Source: Chloroflexota bacterium (lineage in GTDB: Bacteria; Chloroflexota; UBA11872; VXOZ01). Taken from it: a DNA stretch of 64,000 nucleotides. Location of the stretch: contig OZ253463.1 in the NCBI GenBank assembly GCA_965261635.1, positions 555,879 to 619,878 of the forward strand. Direction: 5' to 3'. Of the stretch, positions 28,952 to 36,331 are shown one piece after another. Both the position numbers and the translations under genes were made by a program. Numbering within the stretch: position 1 is the first letter of the stretch; the number at the start of each line of letters is the position of its first letter. The notes under the pieces were generated by a model, which saw nothing but the letters and a program-made list of their open reading frames with translations, ran no database searches and had not been told where the DNA came from.

Positions 28952-30118
28952 ATGTTGGACATTCCGCGCATTCGCGAAGACTTTCCGGCGCTGCAACACG
29001 GCATCTACCTCCACACGGCCGGCATCGGGATGAACGCCCGGCCGGTGCTGGCGGAAGTGATAGACCGGTGGCAGTTCTTCTTCGAGAACGGCCCGTGGCT
29101 GCAGAGCCGTCGCGACGAGCGCTTTCTGCACAAGCAACGCACGCGCGAGGCGCTGGCGCGGTTATTTAACGTGCCTGCCGATACGATCTCGATGGTGAAC
29201 AACGTCTCCAACAGCATCAGTATGGTGGTTTCCGGCCTACCGCTTGCACCGGGTGACGAGATCATTACCAGCAATGAGGAAGACGATGCTCTCTGGTTGC
29301 CGCTCTATAACATCGGCCGCAAACGCTACGGGGCGGTGATCCACCACATGGCGGTTGGCGCGACACCGGAAGAGAATCTAGCAAATTTCGAGGCGCTGCT
29401 CTCCCCGCGCACCAAGCTCGTCGCCATGAGCCACGTGATGCAGGACCGCGGCACGGAGCTGCCCGTGGCGGAGATGTGCCGCCTGGCCCGCGAACGCGGC
29501 GCGTTCGTCTATTTTGACGGCGGGCAGGCCGTCGGCCAACTCGACGTGGACATTGCCGCCATCGACCCCGACTTCTACGCTGTGCTCGGCTACAAGTGGA
29601 TGCTCGGTCCCTATGGTACGGGCTGTTTCTACGTGGCCGAACGCATGCGCGACGTGCTGCAGATTTCCTGGTCCGGCAGCCACGTGGCCCGCCACATAGA
29701 TTTCGAGACCGGCGAAGTTGACTGGCAGCCCTATCCCCAGCGGCTGGAATGGGGTTCGGTGAACTTTCCCACAATGGCGGGGCTGGGCGTTGCCGTGGAG
29801 TACCTGGAAAGCTTCGGCATCAGCGTGATCGAGGAGCGCAGTAAACACCTCTCGCGCTGGCTGCGCGGCGAGCTGCTAAAGCACCCGAAAGTGGTCTGCT
29901 ACGATCCGGAGCACCCCGACGCCTATACGGGAATCGTGGCGTACGGTGTCGAAGGGGTAACGGGCGATGACCTTGCCGCCTACCTGCATGAACATAAGGT
30001 CTGGTGCCGCGCGCTCATGCACGACGGCATGCAAGGCGTGCGCCTCTGCACCGCCTTCATGAATAGCGAAGAGGAGATAGCACGCGCCATCGACATCATG
30101 GCCGCCATGCCGCGGTGA
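28952..30118 (+). CDS. class V aminotransferase-fold PLP enzyme (cysteine desulfurase/selenocysteine lyase-like)
   Basis: 388 aa, ...YFDGGQAVGQLDVDIAAIDPDFYAVLGYKWMLGPYGTGCFYV (PLP-Lys region). Confidence 0.7.
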   Translation: MLDIPRIREDFPALQHGIYLHTAGIGMNARPVLAEVIDRWQFFFENGPWLQSRRDERFLHKQRTREALARLFNVPADTISMVNNVSNSISMVVSGLPLAPGDEIITSNEEDDALWLPLYNIGRKRYGAVIHHMAVGATPEENLANFEALLSPRTKLVAMSHVMQDRGTELPVAEMCRLARERGAFVYFDGGQAVGQLDVDIAAIDPDFYAVLGYKWMLGPYGTGCFYVAERMRDVLQISWSGSHVARHIDFETGEVDWQPYPQRLEWGSVNFPTMAGLGVAVEYLESFGISVIEERSKHLSRWLRGELLKHPKVVCYDPEHPDAYTGIVAYGVEGVTGDDLAAYLHEHKVWCRALMHDGMQGVRLCTAFMNSEEEIARAIDIMAAMPR

Positions 30119-30131
30119 AAATTGTGAGTAC

Positions 30132-30159
30132 GTAGGGGCGGTTCGCGAACCGCCCCTAC
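30132..30159. terminator. 28-bp perfect palindrome GTAGGGGCGGTTCGCGAACCGCCCCTAC (REP family b1), probable bidirectional terminator
   Basis: 14 nt after the stop of the preceding + gene and before the 3' end of the convergent gene at 30247; identical copy at 52094. Confidence 0.4.
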
Positions 30160-30246
30160 AGCCTTCCAATGGGAAACAAGCACTCACGCGACGCGGTGCG
30201 TAGACTCCTGCAAGGGAGGGCGTAATACGATGCAATGCCTCGTGCG

Positions 30247-31563
30247 TTACCCATCCGGCCAGATGCGCACCGTGCCGTAGACTCCGTCATAGCCTGGTTC
30301 GACCGCGACGTCGCCGGCCCGCATGCGCGCAATGCCCTCGGCAATTCGTGCGCCAGCCACCTCAGCTATCGCTTCCAACGGAGCTTCCAGTAACACAGTG
30401 AACTCTGAACCGAGTGCATCAGTGAGCTCCGTGTAGGTACGTGCAACCGTCTTGGTGCGCTCGCCGACGCCAATGGCTTCCGCCAAGATCTGCGTAAGCG
30501 GGACCACGCGCTTGAAGGGTGGGCGGCCGTTCCCGCCGTGCAGGAAGCCTTTCCCATCCGATTGCAATGAGAAATCCTGCCGCGTTGCCAGCGCCTCCAC
30601 GCGCTCGAGCACGCCCACAGTGAGCGGACGACCGCAGACGGGACACGACGTGCCCCGCGCTTTCGTGTCCGCCGGTAGGTAGCGCACGTTGCACGCGCGG
30701 TGGCCGGTCGCGTGGTACTTGCCCTCCTCCGGGTAGTATTCCACCGTGTAGGCAATGCGTTCTTCTTTGAGAGCCGCGGCGAGGCCGTCAAACGTTAGTG
30801 GTCCCTGAATCGCAGTCGCTTCGCGCCCTAAATTCCGCAGGGAGTGCGCATCGGAAAACGAAACGATGCTGCGGCCGTCGGCGTCCGGCACGCGCCAATT
30901 CATGGCAGGATCGCTCGAGAGGCCCGTCTCCAGCGCCGGAATCGCCGACGTCAACTCACCGAAGCACTCTTCAAGGGAATCGAAACCGGACTTGGAACCA
31001 AAGAGCGCGTACCAAGGCGTCCAGGCGTGGGCGGGTACGATGATACTGCGGGGGTCGATCTCCAGGATTGCCGCCGTAAGTTCACGCGCGTGCAGAGAGA
31101 TGAGCGGACGTCCATCCCCGGCGAGCTTCGCTCCAACGCGCTCCAGGAACCGGCAGATTTTCTCGATGGTAGTAAAGGTCGGAACGTACACAAGCAAATG
31201 CATGCGGCGGCCCTTGCCCGCATGTTTGAAGACGCAGGAGAGTTCGGTGCCGAGGATGAAGTGGGTGTCCTCGTAGACAAAGAGGTCGCCCGCAGCGGGT
31301 TGCAAAGTCTCTTGCAGATGGGCGCGCCAGACTGGGTGCGTGAAGTCAGCGGAGGCCAGGAGTTGGATGCCCTTACGCCGCGCCCAATGGGCCAGTGCGG
31401 GAACAGTGATGTCATTCGCTGTAGCAATTGCAAACGATGAGTGCAGGTGCAGGTCTGCGAGATAATTTGCTCGCTGAGATGCATCGTTTAGTGAATCGGC
31501 GGCGCTACTTGATGTGCGCTGACGTTCAGATGAGAGTTCTCGATATTCTTTTGATGAAGGCAC
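30247..31563 (-). CDS. PHP-domain protein, endonuclease-Q-like (TIGR00375-type)
   Basis: LADLHLHSSFA... PHP metal-binding start, long PHP domain, CPVCGRPLTVGVLERV zinc-finger-like element as in EndoQ. Confidence 0.45.
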   Translation of the reverse strand: MPSSKEYRELSSERQRTSSSAADSLNDASQRANYLADLHLHSSFAIATANDITVPALAHWARRKGIQLLASADFTHPVWRAHLQETLQPAAGDLFVYEDTHFILGTELSCVFKHAGKGRRMHLLVYVPTFTTIEKICRFLERVGAKLAGDGRPLISLHARELTAAILEIDPRSIIVPAHAWTPWYALFGSKSGFDSLEECFGELTSAIPALETGLSSDPAMNWRVPDADGRSIVSFSDAHSLRNLGREATAIQGPLTFDGLAAALKEERIAYTVEYYPEEGKYHATGHRACNVRYLPADTKARGTSCPVCGRPLTVGVLERVEALATRQDFSLQSDGKGFLHGGNGRPPFKRVVPLTQILAEAIGVGERTKTVARTYTELTDALGSEFTVLLEAPLEAIAEVAGARIAEGIARMRAGDVAVEPGYDGVYGTVRIWPDG

Positions 31564-31725
31564 GTCGCGTCACCGTAGCGCTCTAGCTCGCAAGGATTCA
31601 AGTGCCTTCCAAGGCATCTAATCCCATAGCTATCGTTGGTTAAGGCCGGAGTACGTTACAGTTTCTGCTCATCGTAATCATAAGGAATTGCGGGGGATAC
31701 GCGCGCCGCCGTAATACGTTGACTG

Positions 31726-32142
31726 CTACTCCTGCAGGCTCTCCTGCGCGGCTATCTCTGCCCGGATGAACAGAAAGGCTTGCAAGCAGGCGAGTTCAGG
31801 CGTTTCCGCCACCACGTCTGCGATGCGGCGGCTCACCTCGTCAAAGCAGATGCAGGCAAAGTCGCCCTTATAGCAGTCCAAGACAGTGTGCGGCGAGACC
31901 GCGTTCAGCAGCGCCAGCAGTTGATCGAGGCGCGGCAGCCAGCATACGGCGCGGTCGGTTATGAGCTCGCTCCCGCGAACTGCATGGTCTTCATCGAGAA
32001 GGCGCAGAGCGTCATCCTGCATCACCCAATCGCCGACGGTCGGCGTCCAAATTGCAGACATCTCTCTGCGCGCCGCGCGGCACCGCCGAACGTAGGCAGG
32101 AGGGAAGAAATCGGATGTGATTGGCTCGGCCTCGCTATTCAA
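31726..32142 (-). CDS. hypothetical protein
   Basis: 138-aa ORF, no recognisable family. Confidence 0.3.
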   Translation of the reverse strand: MNSEAEPITSDFFPPAYVRRCRAARREMSAIWTPTVGDWVMQDDALRLLDEDHAVRGSELITDRAVCWLPRLDQLLALLNAVSPHTVLDCYKGDFACICFDEVSRRIADVVAETPELACLQAFLFIRAEIAAQESLQE

Positions 32143-32335
32143 TTGGCTGCGCCTCTTAATGTGAGATCAATCCGGAGATTCGATCTGCTGCCGATGCGGC
32201 GCTACCCAGTGTATCATGGAAATGAGGAGAGGCCGCTTGGGCGGTGCGTTCAACACGGATCGTGCTGCGGCTGATGCGAAGTAGGAGAACACCTCGGTGT
32301 TCATGATCAACTAACGCGCAGGATAGGGTAGCTCT

Positions 32336-33670
32336 ATGAACAGAATGGCAAGTGTGCATGCATCGAGTCGTGGGCTGACAGTTTTCAGGCTGGGAGTACT
32401 TTCGCTGCTGGTCGTATTGGCCGGCTTTCTCTTGAACGGGTGTAGTGGTGACGAGCCTGACCCGCCCACTCCAACATCGGTGATCAGCACGGCCATTCCC
32501 ACGCAGACTGTGCCAACCGCAGCGCCTGAGCCAACGGCAACGAGCGTGCCCACTGTAGCGCCAGCCGTAAGCACGCCGGTTCCGCCGGCAGAAGGCGCGT
32601 ATGGTCTAGAAGAGGTCGGCGCCGGGTTCAATCGTCCGCTCTACCTTACGTATGCGCCCGGCGATGCCAGCGGTCGGCTCTTCGTCGTGGAGCAATACGG
32701 CACTATCGCCATTCTCAGAGACGGCCGACGCCAAGACCCGCTCTTCCTCGACATTCGGTCGCGGGTCGGCTCCAACGCCAATGAGCAGGGCCTATTGAGC
32801 ATGGCATTCGATCCCGATTACGGGGCGAACGGCATCTTCTACGTTTACTACACGGACAAAGGCGGGGATACTGCGGTTGCCCGCTACCGCGTCTCTGCCG
32901 ACAATCCCGATGCGGCTGATCCCAATAGCGAAGAGGTGCTGCTACAGGCGGATCAACCGTATGGAAACCACAACGGCGGTCAGATCAAGTTCGGCCCCGA
33001 CGGCTTCCTGTACATTGGGCTCGGTGACGGCGGCTCCGGCGGCGATCCGCAAGGCAACGGGCAGAATCGGGGAACGCTGCTGGGCACGCTGCTCCGCATC
33101 GACGTGCGCACAGGCGGCGGTTACGCCGTCCCCGCGGATAACCCATTCGTCGGACATGAGGGCCCGCTGCCGGAGATCTGGGCGTGGGGGTTGCGCAACC
33201 CCTGGCGCTTCTCGTTCGACCGCGTTACAGGCGATCTCTTTATCGCCGACGTGGGCCAGAATAAATTGGAAGAGGTGGATTTCCAGCCGGCTTCCAGTCC
33301 GGGCGGTGAGAACTACGGCTGGAATGGGTTTGAAGGTAGTCAGCCCTTCGGTAGCGAAGGCAATAGAGCGGGCATGGTCCGTAGGGAGATGGTCTTCCCG
33401 ATTGCGGAGTACGGCCGTGACGAGGGCTGCTCCGTGACCGGAGGCTATGTCTATCGCGGCAAAAACCTCCCGGCGCTCGTCGGCAACTACATCTTTGGCG
33501 ACTACTGTTCCGGCATTGTCTGGACGCTCACACCCCAGGCCGACGGCGCCTGGCTGCGCACGGTGCTCCTGAACGCGCCATCTGAAATCACCTCATTCGG
33601 CGAGGATGCCCGGGGCGAGGTGTACGTGATTATCCGCAACGGCACGATCTACCGCATCACGGGCAAATAG
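32336..33670 (+). CDS. PQQ-dependent sugar (glucose/sorbosone) dehydrogenase family lipoprotein
   Basis: Signal + LLNGCSG lipobox, PT-rich linker, then FNRPLYLTYAPGDASGRLFVVEQ..., NHNGGQIKFGPDGFLYIGLGDGGSGGDPQGNGQN (SGDH beta-propeller signatures). Confidence 0.8.
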   Translation: MNRMASVHASSRGLTVFRLGVLSLLVVLAGFLLNGCSGDEPDPPTPTSVISTAIPTQTVPTAAPEPTATSVPTVAPAVSTPVPPAEGAYGLEEVGAGFNRPLYLTYAPGDASGRLFVVEQYGTIAILRDGRRQDPLFLDIRSRVGSNANEQGLLSMAFDPDYGANGIFYVYYTDKGGDTAVARYRVSADNPDAADPNSEEVLLQADQPYGNHNGGQIKFGPDGFLYIGLGDGGSGGDPQGNGQNRGTLLGTLLRIDVRTGGGYAVPADNPFVGHEGPLPEIWAWGLRNPWRFSFDRVTGDLFIADVGQNKLEEVDFQPASSPGGENYGWNGFEGSQPFGSEGNRAGMVRREMVFPIAEYGRDEGCSVTGGYVYRGKNLPALVGNYIFGDYCSGIVWTLTPQADGAWLRTVLLNAPSEITSFGEDARGEVYVIIRNGTIYRITGK

Positions 33671-33732
33671 CCTGCCTAGTTTAGCGTTCTGGGCCGCTGC
33701 GGGCGCTGTCTGTTGTGAACGACCTAAGATGT

Positions 33733-33760
33733 GTAGGGGCACGACATGTCGTGCCCCTAC
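33733..33760. terminator. 28-bp perfect palindrome GTAGGGGCACGACATGTCGTGCCCCTAC (REP family b2)
   Basis: 63 nt after the stop of the PQQ dehydrogenase gene; related copies at 58427, 59130, 62145 and 62191. Confidence 0.4.
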
Positions 33761-33806
33761 GTTGCATTGCGCGTGGTGATCGCTACGCTCCCCCTGTCTG
33801 CATGCC

Positions 33807-33845
33807 GCTTGTCTCTCGCTATCTTGCGTGAGTACAATGCAGCCA
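33807..33845. repeat. 39-bp direct repeat GCTTGTCTCTCGCTATCTTGCGTGAGTACAATGCAGCCA, left copy
   Basis: Identical to 36265-36303; the two copies bracket a 2.46-kb lower-GC cassette. Contains an extended -10-like TGAGTACAAT. Confidence 0.7.
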
Positions 33846-33868
33846 GAGATGTGTTGCTGAAAGCTGGA

Positions 33869-35113
33869 ATGGAAGTTGGATCTCCCCCGGTGGCAAATCT
33901 CGACTATGAAGACGTGATGCAGTTGTTGCGAAAAGGCGAATCGGACCGCGTCGAGTTCAAGGAGTCCTTGCGCGGCGATGCGCCCAAGAAGATCCGAGAA
34001 GCCATTTGCGCTTTTGCTAATGATCTACCCGACCACCGCAAGCCGGGGTTTGTATTCGTGGGCGTGCGGGATGATGGCACTGTTGCCGGCTTGTCGGTCA
34101 CAGATGAGCTACTCCGGCAACTGGCGGATATGAAAACCGATGGCAACATTGTGCCGCCGCCCTCGCTGACAGTAGAGCGACGTTCTGTAAGTGGAAACGA
34201 CGTTGCTGTGATCGCGGTGCAGCCGTCCGATTCGCCGCCGGTCCGTTATGACGGCCGCGTGCATGTCCGCATTGGCTCTCGGAGAGGGATCGCAACTGCG
34301 CAGGATGAACGCATTCTGAACGAGAAACGCCGCTATAGAGACATTCCGTTCGACATACAACCTATTCCGTCAGCCATGTTGAGTGATCTCAACCTGCCTC
34401 AGTTTGAGCATGAGTATCTGACACAAGCTTTTTCGCCAGACATCCTCGAAGCCAATGAGCGCAGCACTCAAGAGCAATTGGCCGCGACGAAGATGACCGC
34501 CACCGCTGAAGAACCTTTGCCCACCGTGTTGGGGATATTGATGATTGGGAAGAACCCGCAGGATTTCTTGCCGGGAGCCTACGTTCAATTTCTTCGGCTG
34601 AATGGGCCGGACATAACAAGCGAGATCATTGACAGCCAGGAGTTTCGTGGCACTATCCCGGACATTGTCCGACGCTTGGATGAGAAGCTGATCGCTCACA
34701 ATCGGACTGCAGTTGACATCATCTCCGGCCCGGTCGAATGGCGGACTAGTCTCTATCCCAATGCAGCTATTCAGCAGATCACCCGAAACGCCATTATGCA
34801 TCGTACATATGAGGGAACAAACGCGCCGGTCAGGGTCTACTGGTATAACGATCGCCTTGAAGTAATGAGTCCCGGCGGCCTATTCGGGGCGGTTACTGCC
34901 GACAATCTCGGTTCATTTGGTATTGTTGACTACCGCAATCCGAACGTGGCGGATGCTATGAAAACCCTTGGCTTCGTGCAGCGCTTTGGCTACGGTATAC
35001 CAAGGGCCCGCCAACTCCTGGAAGAGGCCGGTCATCCTGAACCGGAATTCGCTTTCCCTGAAAACCATGTCTTTGTGACGATTAGAGCGAAGTCCAAAGA
35101 GGAGGGGCAATAG
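33869..35113 (+). CDS. AlbA_2 (Schlafen-like divergent AAA) domain ATP-binding protein / putative transcriptional regulator
   Basis: ...ESDRVEFKESLRGD...IREAICAFANDLPDHRKPGFVFVGVRDDGTVAGL (AlbA_2 signature) followed by an HATPase_c_4-like C-terminal half. The upstream 41 codons of the ORF-track ORF cover the palindrome and the direct repeat and are probably not translated. Confidence 0.6.
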   Translation: MEVGSPPVANLDYEDVMQLLRKGESDRVEFKESLRGDAPKKIREAICAFANDLPDHRKPGFVFVGVRDDGTVAGLSVTDELLRQLADMKTDGNIVPPPSLTVERRSVSGNDVAVIAVQPSDSPPVRYDGRVHVRIGSRRGIATAQDERILNEKRRYRDIPFDIQPIPSAMLSDLNLPQFEHEYLTQAFSPDILEANERSTQEQLAATKMTATAEEPLPTVLGILMIGKNPQDFLPGAYVQFLRLNGPDITSEIIDSQEFRGTIPDIVRRLDEKLIAHNRTAVDIISGPVEWRTSLYPNAAIQQITRNAIMHRTYEGTNAPVRVYWYNDRLEVMSPGGLFGAVTADNLGSFGIVDYRNPNVADAMKTLGFVQRFGYGIPRARQLLEEAGHPEPEFAFPENHVFVTIRAKSKEEGQ

Positions 35114-35115
35114 CA

Positions 35116-36132
35116 GTGAGTGTACCCGTTCTCACCTTTTTCAATAACAAGGGTGGTGTTGGCAAGACGTCACTTGTCTATCATCTGGCTTGGATGTACG
35201 CCGACTTAGGGATTAGAGTTGTTGCCGCAGACCTAGATCCGCAAGCGAACCTTACTAGCATGTTTCTTGAAGATGAGCGTGTCGAGACCCTTTGGAATGG
35301 AAATCACAGTACTTCTTCAGCCGCAAGCACTATATTCCAATGTGTAGAACCGCTAATGCGAGTTGGCGATCTGCAACAGCCTGATCTTCAACAGATTACA
35401 GAGCAACTCAGCTTGCTTCCGGGAGACTTGGCGTTGGCTGGCTTTGAGGACACCCTATCTGCTGAATGGCCGAACGCGCTTGGGTCCAGTGATCTATTTA
35501 GACCATTTCGGATATTGACTGCATTCTCAACCATAATGCAAGCAGGGGCAGAAGCGATGAATGCTTCAATTATCCTAGCTGATGTTGGCCCAAACCTTGG
35601 CGCCATCAACCGTTCAGCTTTGATAGCTACGGACTATGTTGTCGTCCCTTTGGGGGCCGACTTGTTTTCCCTGCAAGGCTTGCGAAATCTGGGCCCTACC
35701 CTACGCACATGGCGGCAAGACTGGCAAAAGCGAAGAGATAATTGGACTGCACCCGCATTTCCACTTCCCAGAGGCAACATGCAGCCCATTGGTTATGTGG
35801 TGCAGCAGCACAGCATTCGTCTTTCTCGGCCTGTTAAGGCGTACGATAAGTGGGTTAATCGTATGCCAAGAGAGTATGCGGAAAACCTGCTAATGAATAA
35901 CACAGGACCTTACCCTCGAACGCCTGAAGAAGATGAACATTCCCTTGCTACAGTCAAGCACTACCGGAGTCTAGTTCCAATGGCCCAGGAAGTGCGCAAG
36001 CCTATCTTCAAGCTTACACCTGCTGACGGCGCAATTGGCGGTCACGCTGCTGCTGCCCAGGACGCGCAAATTGATTTCAGGAAATTGGCCCGAAAGATTA
36101 AAGCAGGTTGGTTTGAACACAACCGCCTGTAG
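35116..36132 (+). CDS. ParA/MinD-family P-loop ATPase (unusually long, 338 aa)
   Basis: FFNNKGGVGKTS deviant Walker A, ADLDPQANLT, ILADVGPNLG Walker B; starts 2 nt after the stop of the AlbA_2 gene. Confidence 0.75.
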   Translation: MSVPVLTFFNNKGGVGKTSLVYHLAWMYADLGIRVVAADLDPQANLTSMFLEDERVETLWNGNHSTSSAASTIFQCVEPLMRVGDLQQPDLQQITEQLSLLPGDLALAGFEDTLSAEWPNALGSSDLFRPFRILTAFSTIMQAGAEAMNASIILADVGPNLGAINRSALIATDYVVVPLGADLFSLQGLRNLGPTLRTWRQDWQKRRDNWTAPAFPLPRGNMQPIGYVVQQHSIRLSRPVKAYDKWVNRMPREYAENLLMNNTGPYPRTPEEDEHSLATVKHYRSLVPMAQEVRKPIFKLTPADGAIGGHAAAAQDAQIDFRKLARKIKAGWFEHNRL

Positions 36133-36264
36133 CGTGTCCGACTGAACCTCGATTCTAGTAGAGGTCTTCAACGACTCAAGTGGCGCTGTCCATTCGTCTG
36201 GTATCTTGGCATGTTCATTCAAGAAGCACACTAGTTCTGATGATTCTATTACGAATTGTTTTCT

Positions 36265-36303
36265 GCTTGTCTCTCGCTATCTTGCGTGAGTACAATGCAG
36301 CCA
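36265..36303. repeat. 39-bp direct repeat, right copy
   Basis: Perfect match to 33807-33845; sits 29 nt upstream of the glycoside hydrolase start. Confidence 0.7.
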
Positions 36304-36331
36304 ATAGACTTGCCAAAACGCTTCATATGCA

